From an uncultured Rubellimicrobium sp. (lineage in GTDB: Bacteria > Pseudomonadota > Alphaproteobacteria > Rhodobacterales > Rhodobacteraceae): DNA of 48,438 nt. The DNA is taken from NCBI GenBank assembly GCA_964443055.1, contig CAYUBT010000001.1, positions 1 to 48,438 of the forward strand, given 5' to 3'. Positions 7,696 to 16,770 of the stretch are shown in pieces. Both the position numbers and the translations under genes were made by a program. The notes beneath the pieces were generated by a model. The model was not told the DNA's origin. It saw only the letters and a program-made list of their open reading frames with translations, and ran no database searches. Position 1 is the stretch's first letter. Each line of letters begins with the position of its first letter.

Positions 7696-8676
7696 TCACC
7701 TTTCCTTCACATAAGGCTCGCCGCCTGCCCGGGGCGCGATGGCCTTGCCGACAAATCCGGCGAGGATGACGACGGTCAGCACATAGGGCAGGGCGTTGTA
7801 GAACTGCGAGGGCAGGGCGATGCCGAGCAGGTTGTTGACCGCACGGGTCTGGGTCTCGAGCGCCTGCAGGAAGCCGAACAGCAGACAGGCCCAGAGCGCG
7901 TTCCACGGCTTCCATTTGGCGAAGATCAGGGCGGCGAGCGCCATGAATCCGCGGTCGGCGGTCATGTTCTTGATGAAGCTCGCCTGGATCGCGGTGGACA
8001 GATACGCTCCGGCAATGCCGCAGAGCAGGCCCGCGATGACCAGAGCGACCCAGCGCAGACGGATGACCGAGACCCCGGCGGTGTCGACTGCGGCGGGGTT
8101 CTCGCCCACGGCGCGTAGCCGCAGGCCGAAGCGGGTGCGGTAGAGAAGCCACCAGGTCACCGGGACCAGCAGCAGCGCGAGCGGCACGATGATCGTGTGG
8201 CCCGAGAGCAGCTTGGACCAGATCAGCGTCAGCGGGTCGGCGTTGCGCAGTTCAGGGATCCGGGTGAGGGCACCGGGCAGGGTGATCGTCGGAAACCGTG
8301 CCTCCGGGGGCAGGCCGGGCGTGCGGCCGCCTTCGTGAAAGAGCGCATTCGACACCAGCACGGTGAGGCCGGCTGCCAGGAAGTTGATTGCCACGCCCGA
8401 GATGAGCTGGTTGCCCCGGAAGGTGATCGAGGCCAGCCCGTGCAGGGCCGACATGGCGATGGAGGACAGGATCGCCGCGAAAAGCCCGATCCAGACCGAG
8501 CCGGACATGTAGGCCACCGTCGCCGCCACGAAGGCGGCCATCAGCATCTTGCCTTCAAGTCCGATGTCGAAGATCCCGGCGCGTTCCGAAAAGAGTCCGG
8601 CAAGACAGGCAAGGAGCAGCGGCGTCGAAAGCCGCAGGGCCGAGTCGAGCAGCAGGACGAGCGTCAGGAAGTCCAT
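7696..8676 (-). CDS. ABC transporter permease (BMP/nucleoside-type importer, YufQ/NupQ-like)
   Basis: 326 aa, polytopic. MDFLTLVLLLDSALRLSTPLLLACLAGLFSERAGIFDIGLEGKML is the typical N-terminus of this permease family. It is the last gene of a 4-gene ABC operon. Confidence 0.85.
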   Translation of the reverse strand: MDFLTLVLLLDSALRLSTPLLLACLAGLFSERAGIFDIGLEGKMLMAAFVAATVAYMSGSVWIGLFAAILSSIAMSALHGLASITFRGNQLISGVAINFLAAGLTVLVSNALFHEGGRTPGLPPEARFPTITLPGALTRIPELRNADPLTLIWSKLLSGHTIIVPLALLLVPVTWWLLYRTRFGLRLRAVGENPAAVDTAGVSVIRLRWVALVIAGLLCGIAGAYLSTAIQASFIKNMTADRGFMALAALIFAKWKPWNALWACLLFGFLQALETQTRAVNNLLGIALPSQFYNALPYVLTVVILAGFVGKAIAPRAGGEPYVKER

Positions 8677-8679
8677 GCT

Positions 8680-9801
8680 CTAGCCCCCAGCTCCGCCGGT
8701 CGCGCCATTCCTGCGTCGGAACAGGGCAAAGACCCGCACGAGCGGCATGCGCACCATTTCATCCAGCGCACCCGTGAACATGATGACGAGCGCCTGGATG
8801 ACGATCACCAGTTCGACAGGAATCGAGGCCTGCTGGTCCTGGCTCAGGATCTGGCCGCCCTGGGTGAGCGCCCCGAACAGCAGCGCGGCAAGCACCACGC
8901 CCAGCGGATGGTTGCGCCCCATCAGCGCCACGGCGATGCCGATGAAGCCCGCGCCCTCGACCGCGCCCATGACGAGACGTTCGGATTCGCCCATTACCTT
9001 GTTGATTGCATAGAGCCCCGCCAGCGCGCCCGAGGCAAGCATCACGATCATGGTGATGCGAAAGGCGTTGATTCCCGCGTAGCGCGCCGCCGTCTCGGAA
9101 TTTCCGAAAGCGCGCAGTTCATAGCCCAGCCGGGTGCGCCAGACCACGACCCAGACGAGGAAGGCGGTCAGCAGTGCGATGGGCAGGGCGATATTCGCGG
9201 GTGCCGTGGTCGAGAAGGAAATCCCGAACGGGCGCAGCATGTCGGCGAGATTTGGCAGATGGGTGGTGGCAGGGAAGATTGCCGTCGCCGGATCCTGCGA
9301 CGCCTTGTTGTTGATGACATTGACAAGAAGGTAGTTGAGAAGTGCGGCCGCGATGGCGTTGAACATGATCGTGGTGATGACGATATGGCTGCCGCGTTTC
9401 ACCTGCAGCCAGGCGGGAATCGCTGCCCAGGCGGCCCCGAACAGTGCCGCCGCCACCATGGCGAAAACGAGCGCGAGGCTCCAGTGCGGCCAGGGGATAT
9501 AGAGGCAGACCAGCGCTACCCCCAGCCCGCCAAGGGTCGCCTGTCCCTCGGAGCCGATGTTGAAGAGCCGCGCGTGGAAGGCGATGGCGACCGAGAGGCC
9601 GGTGAAGATGAAATTCGTCGTGTAGAACAGCGTATAGCCGAAATTGCTCGACGTGCCGAAGGCCCCCGCGAGCATCACCTCGAGCGCATGCAGCGGGTCG
9701 CCGCCAATGGCGGCAATGACCGCGCCGGAAAGCAGCATCGCCAGCAGGATCGAGATGAGCGGGATGAGGATCACATCCGCCCAGTCGGGAAGCCGGTTCA
9801 T
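8680..9801 (-). CDS. ABC transporter permease (BMP/nucleoside-type importer, YufP/NupP-like)
   Basis: 373 aa, polytopic, with the FNIGSEGQ motif. Its start overlaps the ATPase stop by 1 nt. Confidence 0.85.
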   Translation of the reverse strand: MNRLPDWADVILIPLISILLAMLLSGAVIAAIGGDPLHALEVMLAGAFGTSSNFGYTLFYTTNFIFTGLSVAIAFHARLFNIGSEGQATLGGLGVALVCLYIPWPHWSLALVFAMVAAALFGAAWAAIPAWLQVKRGSHIVITTIMFNAIAAALLNYLLVNVINNKASQDPATAIFPATTHLPNLADMLRPFGISFSTTAPANIALPIALLTAFLVWVVVWRTRLGYELRAFGNSETAARYAGINAFRITMIVMLASGALAGLYAINKVMGESERLVMGAVEGAGFIGIAVALMGRNHPLGVVLAALLFGALTQGGQILSQDQQASIPVELVIVIQALVIMFTGALDEMVRMPLVRVFALFRRRNGATGGAGG

Positions 9802-11348
9802 CAGGCGACCTCCCGGTTCACGCCGGCCATGAGCAGGCCCAGTTCCCCCGCATTCGTCTGCGCCGGGTCGCGTTCGCCCATGATGCGCCCGTCGAACATG
9901 ACGGCGATGCGGTCCGAGAGCGACATGATCTCGTCCAGTTCGACCGAGACGAGCAGGATCGCCTTGCCCGCGTCGCGCAGGGCGACGATCTGGCGGTGGA
10001 TGAATTCGATGGCACCGATATCCACCCCGCGCGTCGGCTGGCCGATCAGCAGGACGGCTGGCCCGCGCTCGATCTCGCGGGCGACGACAATCTTCTGCTG
10101 ATTGCCACCCGAGAAGGACTTGGCCGGAAGCTCGGGATCGGGCGGGCGCACGTCGAAACGTTGCATCTGCGCGGCGGTGTCGCGGCGCATGGCGTCATTG
10201 TCCATCAGAAGTGCGTTCTTCTGGTATTCGGGCGCATGGTGATAGCCGAAGACGGCGTTCTCCCAGGCGGTGAAGTCGAGGATGAGGCCTTCGGCCTGAC
10301 GGTCCTCGGGAATATGGCCGATCCCGGCCTCGCGCCGTGTGCGCCCGTTCGCGCCCCGGCCTGTGAGGGGCAGAGGCCGGCCATGCAGGCGCACCTCTCC
10401 CTCGCCCGGCAGCATGCCGCCCAGCACTTCAAGGAGTTCGGACTGTCCGTTGCCCGCCACTCCTGCGATGCCGAGGATTTCCCCGGCACGCAGGTCGAGG
10501 TCGATGCCGCGCAGCCGCTCGACCCCGAACGGATCGACGACGCGCAGGCCCCGCACCGACAGGATCGTCTCGCCGGGTGTGGCCGGCGTCTTCTCGACCC
10601 GAAGGAGCACCTTGCGCCCGACCATCAGCTCGGCCAGTTCGGGGGGAGATGTCCCGGCCGTTGCGACCGTCGCCACCATCTCGCCCCGGCGCATCACGCT
10701 CACCTCGTCGGTGATCTCCATGATTTCGCGCAGCTTGTGGGTGATGAGGATGATCGTCTTTCCCTGCTCCCTCAGATGCCGCAGGATGCGGAACAGGTGG
10801 TCGGCCTCCGCCGGGGTCAGCACACCCGTGGGCTCGTCGAGGATCAGGATATCGGCCTTGCGGTAGAGCGCCTTGAGGATTTCCACCCGCTGCCGCATCC
10901 CGACGCCGATCTCCTCGATCACCGCATCCGGGTCCACCTGCAACTCGTAGTCGGTGGCGAGGCGGGCAAGCTCGTCCCGTGCCCGGGCGAGCGAGGGACG
11001 CAGGAGCGCTCCCTCCTCGGCCCCGAGCACGACATTCTCGAGGACGGTGAAATTCTCGACCAGCTTGAAGTGCTGGAACACCATGCCGATTCCGGCCGCG
11101 ATGGCGGCCTGGCTGTCGTGAATCTCGGTCAGGCGGCCGTTCACATGGATTTCGCCCGCGTCGGCCCGGTAGAATCCGTAGAGAATCGACATCAGCGTGG
11201 ACTTGCCCGCGCCGTTCTCGCCGATGATGCCGTGGATCGTGCCGGGCATGACCCGGATCGAGATATCCTTGTTGGCCTGCACAGGGCCGAATGCCTTGGA
11301 AATGCCCTTCAGTTCGATCGCCGGGGCCACCATGCCTGTCCCTGTCAT
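9801..11348 (-). CDS. ABC transporter ATP-binding protein, duplicated ATPase domains
   Basis: 515 aa. Walker A GENGAGKST, signature RQRVEILKAL, Walker B ILILDEPT, and a second degenerate cassette (FSGGNQQK, LLIGQPTRGVD). This is the typical fused ATPase of BMP/sugar-type importers. Confidence 0.9.
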   Translation of the reverse strand: MTGTGMVAPAIELKGISKAFGPVQANKDISIRVMPGTIHGIIGENGAGKSTLMSILYGFYRADAGEIHVNGRLTEIHDSQAAIAAGIGMVFQHFKLVENFTVLENVVLGAEEGALLRPSLARARDELARLATDYELQVDPDAVIEEIGVGMRQRVEILKALYRKADILILDEPTGVLTPAEADHLFRILRHLREQGKTIILITHKLREIMEITDEVSVMRRGEMVATVATAGTSPPELAELMVGRKVLLRVEKTPATPGETILSVRGLRVVDPFGVERLRGIDLDLRAGEILGIAGVAGNGQSELLEVLGGMLPGEGEVRLHGRPLPLTGRGANGRTRREAGIGHIPEDRQAEGLILDFTAWENAVFGYHHAPEYQKNALLMDNDAMRRDTAAQMQRFDVRPPDPELPAKSFSGGNQQKIVVAREIERGPAVLLIGQPTRGVDIGAIEFIHRQIVALRDAGKAILLVSVELDEIMSLSDRIAVMFDGRIMGERDPAQTNAGELGLLMAGVNREVA

Positions 11349-11364
11349 TCTTGTCGTTACCGAC

Positions 11365-11389
11365 GGGGCCGACGCATCCGGTCGGCCCC
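11365..11389 (-). other. intercistronic hairpin between the binding-protein and ATPase genes
   Basis: GGGGCCGA-N9-TCGGCCCC (8-bp GC stem) lies in the 60-nt gap after the SBP stop. No U-tract. Confidence 0.4.
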
Positions 11390-11408
11390 CCGGGAGGTCA
11401 TGCGGCGA

Positions 11409-12404
11409 TCAGAACTGGACCGCGGGGCAGTTCTGGTCGGTGTAGTAGTCGTGCACATTGATTTCGCCCGCGTTGATGGCGGCCGTGGTGGTGTCAAGTG
11501 CCGCGCGCATCTCGTCGCTGATGAGCGCTTCATTGTGCTCGTCCATCGCGGCCGCCACACCCTCGTTGGCGATACCCATCGTGACGAGGCCGGTGCTGAG
11601 GCCGGGGCCCTCGTTCATCGCGTCATAGACGGCGTTATCCACGCGCTTGACCATCGAGGTGAGGACCGAGCCGGGGTGCAGGTAGTTCTGGTTCGCGTCC
11701 ACGCCGATGGAATAGACGCCCTGGTCGGCGGCGGTTTGCAGGACGCCCACACCGGTTGCGCCAGCGGCGGCATAGACCACATCCGCGCCCTGCGCGATCT
11801 GCGCCAGCGTCAGTTCCGAACCCTTCACCGGGTCGTTCCAGGCGGAGGGGGTGGTGCCCGTGAAGTTCACGATCACGGTGGCGTCGGGGTTGGTGTCCAT
11901 CACGCCCTGCGCGTAGCCGCAGCCGAAGCGGCGGATAAGCGGGATGTCCATGCCGCCGACGAAGCCGACGACCTCGGTTTCGGAGGCCATCGCGGCGAGG
12001 ACGCCGACGAGATAGGAGCCTTCGTGCTCGTCGAACATGACCGAACGCACATTCGGCTGGTCGACTTCGGCGTCGATGATGACGAAGGTCGTGTCGGGAT
12101 AATCGGGCGCGATGCTTTCGAGCGGCGTGGCATTCGAGAAACCGGCCATGATCACCGGATTGTAGCCCTCATCGGCAAAGCGGCGGATCGCCTGATCCCG
12201 CTGGGCGTCGGACTGCAACTCGACCGAGGCATAGGAATTGCCGGTCTCGGCGGCCCAGCGTTCCGCGCCATTGTAGGAGGATTCGTTGAATGACTTGTCG
12301 AACTTTCCGCCGAGGTCGAAAATCAGGGCCGGATCGGCCAGTGCGGCACCGGAGCCGAGGGCGAGGGCGGCCGCCGAGCCGAAGAACATCGTCTTGATCG
12401 TCAT
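11409..12404 (-). CDS. BMP-family (Med/PnrA-like) ABC substrate-binding protein, probable nucleoside binding
   Basis: Start re-picked at ATG 12404 (MTIKTMFFGSAAALALGSGAALA, a signal peptide). DKSFNESSYNG and GFVGGMDIPLIRRF are typical BMP lipoprotein-family blocks. Confidence 0.85.
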   Translation of the reverse strand: MTIKTMFFGSAAALALGSGAALADPALIFDLGGKFDKSFNESSYNGAERWAAETGNSYASVELQSDAQRDQAIRRFADEGYNPVIMAGFSNATPLESIAPDYPDTTFVIIDAEVDQPNVRSVMFDEHEGSYLVGVLAAMASETEVVGFVGGMDIPLIRRFGCGYAQGVMDTNPDATVIVNFTGTTPSAWNDPVKGSELTLAQIAQGADVVYAAAGATGVGVLQTAADQGVYSIGVDANQNYLHPGSVLTSMVKRVDNAVYDAMNEGPGLSTGLVTMGIANEGVAAAMDEHNEALISDEMRAALDTTTAAINAGEINVHDYYTDQNCPAVQF

Positions 12405-12505
12405 TTTGAACTCCCGAACGGTTTTCTCTGGCGAAGGGAACCCCCCCGCATCCAGGCTGGTCACATACCGGATGGCGGCGAATAAGGCAGCCGCCAGTTG
12501 GCCGG

Positions 12506-12958
12506 TCAACAGAAATCTTGTCCGGGTGCCGGTTGTGCGCCTCGTCCGGTCGGCTTCGCCAGCAGCAGCGCATCCCCGTTCGAGCCGTCCGCGCGCTGGT
12601 AATATCCGCGCCGCAGGCCGGTCTGGACATAGCCCGCCCCCGCATAAAGCATCCGGGCAGGCATGTTCCCGGCGTCCACCTCGAGAAAGACCGTCTCTGC
12701 GCCCATCTCTGCGGCCAGCGCCTCGAACCGGCCAAGCAGGATGCGGGCACGGCCCCTCCGGCGGTGGTCGGGATGGGTGGCGAGGGTCAGGATCTCGGCC
12801 TCATCCACCACGATCCGTCCGATGAGAAAGGCGCATGCGTCGCCGATGAGGACGGCCCCCGGTCCCGCAAGCGCCCCGGTGATTGCCTCAGTGCTCCACG
12901 CATCGCCGGGGGGGAAGGCAGCGGCATGGGTCGCGGCGAGCGCGGCGGGATCGGTCAT
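12506..12958 (-). CDS. rimI: ribosomal-protein-alanine N-acetyltransferase (GNAT)
   Basis: Start re-picked at ATG 12958, with an ATGA overlap on the tsaB stop. The GNAT core is LATHPDHRRRGRARILL...VFLEVDAGNMPARMLYAGAGY. The position after tsaB is the canonical synteny. Confidence 0.8.
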   Translation of the reverse strand: MTDPAALAATHAAAFPPGDAWSTEAITGALAGPGAVLIGDACAFLIGRIVVDEAEILTLATHPDHRRRGRARILLGRFEALAAEMGAETVFLEVDAGNMPARMLYAGAGYVQTGLRRGYYQRADGSNGDALLLAKPTGRGAQPAPGQDFC

Positions 12959-13593
12959 CCTTGCAGGATCGGCACCGGCCCCTCGCGCGGGGGCGCGGCG
13001 TCGGCAGGGCGCAGGTAGAGGGGTGCGGGGCGGTCCGTCACCGTGGCGAAACGGGCGCGGGCAATCCGGGCGATGGCCCCGGGCAGGGCGTGGAGCGGCG
13101 CGGCGGTCAGTGCGCCATGGCGGGGGGCGAGCGCGTCGGCCATGTTGCCGACCATGACCCCGCCCGTCTCGAAGGGCAGCGGCGTGTCGGCCTCGACCAT
13201 GACAGGCGCGGCCGCCGCCTGTCCGCCGGAAAAGGGCTGCGCATACACCATGCCGCGCCGCGCATTCTGCACGACGGTGCAATCCTGCCCGAGCGCGAGC
13301 GCCTCGAACACGGTCACGCCGACGGCGGGAATGCCCAGCCCCAGGGCCAGCCCCCGCGCGGCGGCGACGCCGATCCGCGTTCCGGTGAAATTGCCCGGTC
13401 CGGTGCCGGTGCCGATGGCGACGAGGTCGCTCCAGGTCGCGTCGGCATCGGCCAGAAGCTCTTCGAGGAGGGGCAGCAGTCGTTCCGCCTGCCCGGTCGC
13501 CATCGGCTCGATGCGCGTGAGGCAGCGCTCTCCCGAAAGGAGCGCGGCCGCGCAATGCGCGGCCGATGTGTCGAAGGCGAGGATCAGATCCAA
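12955..13593 (-). CDS. tsaB: tRNA threonylcarbamoyladenosine (t6A) biosynthesis protein TsaB
   Basis: 212 aa. LDLILAFDTSAAHCAAAL and GTGPGNFTGTRIGVAAARGLALG are TsaB/YeaZ hallmarks. The start codon at 13593 is TTG, so the exact start is uncertain. Confidence 0.85.
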   Translation of the reverse strand: MDLILAFDTSAAHCAAALLSGERCLTRIEPMATGQAERLLPLLEELLADADATWSDLVAIGTGTGPGNFTGTRIGVAAARGLALGLGIPAVGVTVFEALALGQDCTVVQNARRGMVYAQPFSGGQAAAAPVMVEADTPLPFETGGVMVGNMADALAPRHGALTAAPLHALPGAIARIARARFATVTDRPAPLYLRPADAAPPREGPVPILQG

Positions 13594-13600
13594 GGTCCGA

Positions 13601-14170
13601 TCAGGTGGCGGCGACTGCGCGCACCTCGGTCACTTCGGGGAGGAAGTGGCGCAGCAGATTCTCGATCCCCATCTTCAGCGTGATGGTCGAGGACGGGCAG
13701 CCTGCGCAGGAACCCTTCATGTCGAGATAGACGATCCCCCGGTCAAAGCCCTGAAACGTGATGTCGCCGCCGTCCTGCGCGACAGCCGGGCGCACGCGGG
13801 TATCGAGGATGTCCTTGATCCGGCCGATGATCTCGGCATTCTCGCCCGCGGTCTCGCCGCTGTGATCCGACAGGGGCGCGGCCCCGCCTTCGATCACGGG
13901 TGCGCCGGACTGGAAATGCTCCATCACGGCACCAAGGATCGCGGGTTTCAGATGGTCCCATTCCAGATCACCGGCCTTGGTGACGGTGATGAAGTCACCG
14001 CCAAGGAACACGCCGGTTACATGGCCCGTCGCGAACAGCCGCCGTGCAAGGGGTGAGCGCGCGGCCGCAGCCTCGTCAGGAAAGTCGGCAACCCCCGATT
14101 CCATGACCCGTTCGCCGGGCAGGAATTTCATCGTGGCCGGGTTCGGAGTCGATTCCGTCTGGATGAACAT
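13601..14170 (-). CDS. NifU/Nfu-family Fe-S cluster scaffold/carrier protein (Nfu_N + NifU C-terminal domain)
   Basis: 189 aa. MFIQTESTPNPATMKFLPG (Nfu_N) and GSCAGCPSSTITLKMGIENLL (CxxC of the NifU C-domain). Confidence 0.85.
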   Translation of the reverse strand: MFIQTESTPNPATMKFLPGERVMESGVADFPDEAAAARSPLARRLFATGHVTGVFLGGDFITVTKAGDLEWDHLKPAILGAVMEHFQSGAPVIEGGAAPLSDHSGETAGENAEIIGRIKDILDTRVRPAVAQDGGDITFQGFDRGIVYLDMKGSCAGCPSSTITLKMGIENLLRHFLPEVTEVRAVAAT

Positions 14171-14360
14171 GGCAATCCCCCTGAAAAGGTGCGCAGCGCA
14201 TCCACGATATGTGAGTGCGCGGCCCCCGAGTCAAGGTTGCGACCGGCCGGGCCAGGGCTCCGAACCCGTGTTGCGGTGAAGTGCATGTCCTCCCTGAACT
14301 GATGTGATGACCGTGAACAGGGTCGGGGACGGGCATTCGGTGCGCGAGAGGCCCGGAATC

Positions 14361-14442
14361 CCGTCATTGCGAGGAGGCGCAGCCGACGGGCAAGCCAGAA
14401 CGTCGAGGAGTCTGGCTTGCTTCGCTGACGCTCGCAATGACG
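14361..14442. repeat. palindromic intergenic element, copy 3 (core; long form spans ~14283-14465)
   Basis: CCGTCATTGCGAGGAGGCGCAGCCGACGGGCAAGCCAGAACG...CTGGCTTGCTTCGCTGACGCTCGCAATGA, followed by the GTGATGGATCTGG flank. It lies directly 3' of the CPBP gene and 5' of nfu. Confidence 0.85.
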
Positions 14443-14464
14443 AGGCAAGTGATGGATCTGGAGC

Positions 14465-15085
14465 CTACATGTCCGGCCAGGTGCGCGCTGTCAGATCGGT
14501 GAAAAGGAACAGGTTGAAGGCGACATGCGCGGCGATGCCGGGGCCGAGCACGCCGGTTTGCAGCCGCAGCGCGAGCCAGATTGCCCCCATGAGCGCGGCC
14601 CCGAGGATCAGCCCCGCGCCGCCGCCGAGATGGTCCACCCCGCGCGCGAAGATGAAGACGACATGCCAGGCGGTGAACAGCGCCCAGCTCGCCACCACGG
14701 CCTCGCGGTCGGGTACCGGAATGAGTGCGCCACGCCAGAAGACCTCTTCAAGCGTGCCGCTGACGAGCGCGAACACGGCCACGACCAGCAGAAGGGCGGG
14801 TGGAAAGGCGCTGCCCTCGAGTGAGGCGAGCGCGGTCCAGGCGAGGACGACGACGGGCACGAAGGCGACAAGGGCCAGCATGCGCGGCGGACGGGCGTGA
14901 GAGATGAGTGCCGCGCGGGCTGCGGGATCGAGCCCACGCAGGCTCAGCCCGCCGATCAGGACCAGGTAGAGCGCCAGTCCGACCGCATGACCGGCAAGCG
15001 GCCCGAGCCAGCCCGTCAGCAGATGGACCGCCGCCACGCCCGGAAGGATCGCCACCAGCATGGCGAGCGCGAGCGGCCAGTTCAT
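14465..15085 (-). CDS. CPBP-family (CAAX-type) intramembrane glutamic endopeptidase
   Basis: 206 aa, polytopic. All three CPBP motifs are present: EEVFWRG (EExxxR), FTAWHV (FxxxH) and HVAFN (HxxxN). Confidence 0.8.
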   Translation of the reverse strand: MNWPLALAMLVAILPGVAAVHLLTGWLGPLAGHAVGLALYLVLIGGLSLRGLDPAARAALISHARPPRMLALVAFVPVVVLAWTALASLEGSAFPPALLLVVAVFALVSGTLEEVFWRGALIPVPDREAVVASWALFTAWHVVFIFARGVDHLGGGAGLILGAALMGAIWLALRLQTGVLGPGIAAHVAFNLFLFTDLTARTWPDM

Positions 15086-15540
15086 CAGGTGATTTCCTCG
15101 AGCCGCTCCTTGCTCATGTCGCCGGGAACGATGGTGATCGGCACCGGCAGCGTGCTGGCCTGCCGCGTGAGTTCGTTGACCAGCGGCCCCGGCCCCTTGC
15201 GGTCGGAGCCGGCACCGAGGACGAGGATGCCGACTTCCGGGTCGTCGCGGATCTGGGCGAGGATCTCGGCCACGAGCTCACCCTCGCGGATCACGAGTTC
15301 CGGGCTCACGCCGTGCTTGTCGCGCATCCATTTGGCGAAGACGTCGAAATGGACGGTGATCCGCTCGCGCGCCTCTGCCCGCATCACCTCGCCCACGCCG
15401 GCCCATTGGTCGAAATCCTCCGGGCTGATGACCGCGAGAATCTGCACCGCCGCGCCGGTATGGCCTGCGCGCATTGCGGCGAAACGCATGGCGTTCAGGC
15501 ATTCGCGCGTGTCGTCGAGCACCACAAGGAACTTGCGCAT
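15085..15540 (-). CDS. universal stress protein (UspA-family)
   Basis: 151 aa. MRKFLVVLDDTRECLNAMRFA...ILVLGAGS...PITIVPG shows the USP fold pattern. The stop overlaps the CPBP start by 1 nt. Confidence 0.8.
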   Translation of the reverse strand: MRKFLVVLDDTRECLNAMRFAAMRAGHTGAAVQILAVISPEDFDQWAGVGEVMRAEARERITVHFDVFAKWMRDKHGVSPELVIREGELVAEILAQIRDDPEVGILVLGAGSDRKGPGPLVNELTRQASTLPVPITIVPGDMSKERLEEIT

Positions 15541-15654
15541 GATCTGTCCTTTCGCCGGGCCGATACTGGCCGATCTGCAGGCGGAGAGGCAAGAACCCTC
15601 TTCTCGTGTTGTCGCAGGGCAGGCGGGTTCGGGGAGGCTGGCCGACCTGCCCGC

Positions 15655-15697
15655 GAACGAAAACGCGGCCCCGGTCGGGGGCCGCGCTCTTTTCGGG
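15655..15697 (-). terminator. rho-independent terminator downstream of the DUF481 gene (bidirectional shape)
   Basis: 9-bp GC stem CGCGGCCCC / GGGGCCGCG (15664-15686). On the minus strand it is followed by TTTTCGTT; the plus strand also has CTCTTTTCG after the stem. Confidence 0.7.
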
Positions 15698-15709
15698 CAT
15701 GGGTCCGGG

Positions 15710-16540
15710 TCAGTTGAACGAGTAGATCAGCGACACGCCGAAGCTGTTGTCGAGATCCTTGGCACCCGGAGGCGGATCGGTGTGAAACTCCGACACGAGC
15801 GAGGTACGCAGTGCCAGCGTGTCGTTCAGCGAGACGTTGATCCCGGCATCGTTGTAGATGACGGTGTCGCTCTCCGACCAGATCACATCGGTGTCGAGCG
15901 TGCCAAGCACGGTGTTGCTCAGCCGCGCGGTGTAGTTCGAGGTCAGGCTGATGGCTTCTTCCTTGATCTCGTCACCGCCGGCTTGCTCGGCCCAGCGATA
16001 GCCAGGGCCCGCGGCGATGCTCCAGGTCACGTCCGAGCGGTCGATCACCTTGTAGCCGACACCGACGCCGAGGAACGTATCGCGGATGTAGCTGTCCGAC
16101 TCAGGATCGTTCGAGCCCTGAAGGTTGGCATAGCCGTACCAGCGCGGGCCGAAGTCACGGGTGTATTGCAGCCCGTAGAGCAGACGGTTGGCGGTCGTGC
16201 CGACGTCGTCCTCGGCATAGGTGTAGCTCAGCGAGAGGTCATAGCCATTCGCACCGTCGTAATATCCGAGCGTCGTGCCGATCCCGAGACTGGCGGTGTC
16301 GCTGTTGCCGCTCGTCATGTTGCCCTGCAGCGCGAAGGAGCCTTCGAAGCCCACCTGACGGCCGACATTGCCGAAGGCTGGGATGTCGCGCTCGAAATCC
16401 TCGTCGATGGATTCCCGCAGATCCTCGATCGCATCTTCAGCGCGGTCCTGCGCATCGAAGGTGGTGGTCTGGGCGAAAGCCGGAGCGCTCGCCAGAGCGA
16501 GGGCCGCGACGGTGGCATAAAGAGGCAGACTGGATGACAT
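15710..16540 (-). CDS. DUF481-family outer-membrane beta-barrel protein (YdiY-like)
   Basis: 276 aa. Signal peptide MSSSLPLYATVAALALASAPAFAQ, alternating beta-strand pattern, C-terminal ...GVSLIYSFN with an aromatic near the end, and DUF481-like repeat blocks. Confidence 0.75.
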   Translation of the reverse strand: MSSSLPLYATVAALALASAPAFAQTTTFDAQDRAEDAIEDLRESIDEDFERDIPAFGNVGRQVGFEGSFALQGNMTSGNSDTASLGIGTTLGYYDGANGYDLSLSYTYAEDDVGTTANRLLYGLQYTRDFGPRWYGYANLQGSNDPESDSYIRDTFLGVGVGYKVIDRSDVTWSIAAGPGYRWAEQAGGDEIKEEAISLTSNYTARLSNTVLGTLDTDVIWSESDTVIYNDAGINVSLNDTLALRTSLVSEFHTDPPPGAKDLDNSFGVSLIYSFN

Positions 16541-16770
16541 CGGCCGGTTCCTTTCCTTGGTCTTGTTCCAGCGGGACCCAGCCTTTCAGCGGCCCGCCAC
16601 GAGACGGGACATAGGCCTCGGCCTGCGCCATTTCAGCGCAGGGCGGGTGATTTCGGCTCCGGTTCGGACGGGATTGCGACGATTGTGCAACAGCAGCAAA
16701 TTCTCGCCGATACGATCACATTTCCTTGATAGCAAGGCCAGTACAGACGCTGCGTCGCAGCATTTTCTGA

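Noticed and set aside
9996-12293. Very long ORFs antisense to or out of frame with the called genes. Examples: 9996..12293 (+, 765 aa), 8197..10101 (+, 634 aa), 31988..34318 (-, 776 aa), 21113..23062 (+, 649 aa), 25356..27182 (-, 608 aa), 41296..43074 (+, 592 aa), 14897..16537 (+, 546 aa), 36128..37594 (-, 488 aa), 1953..2936 (-), 3722..4504 (+).
   Set aside because: These are typical high-GC shadow ORFs. Their translations are Arg/Gly/Asp/His/Pro-rich low-complexity strings with no recognisable motifs. Each lies opposite a gene whose product has clear family hallmarks such as ABC motifs, GlnD or GshB. GC-rich DNA suppresses stop codons in alternative frames.
12405-12505. Possible purine or other riboswitch in the 5' leader of the BMP (nucleoside-type) ABC operon.
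   Set aside because: The leader is only about 100 nt. I could not find the conserved purine-riboswitch junction and loop sequences, only a short GGCGGC...GCCGCC hairpin. This would need an Infernal scan to exclude formally.
14128-14448. ORFs spanning the palindromic repeats: 14128..14448, 14231..14437, 3349..3753, 3438..4034, 31472..31888, 31774..32010, 42722..43222, 42873..43160 and 303..728. They give similar peptides such as ...RLRLLAMTG... and ...HCERS...
   Set aside because: Their similarity comes from translating the same repeat in various frames and orientations. They have no Shine-Dalgarno, they overlap flanking genes, and they sit in intergenic hairpins. They are treated as non-coding repeat DNA.
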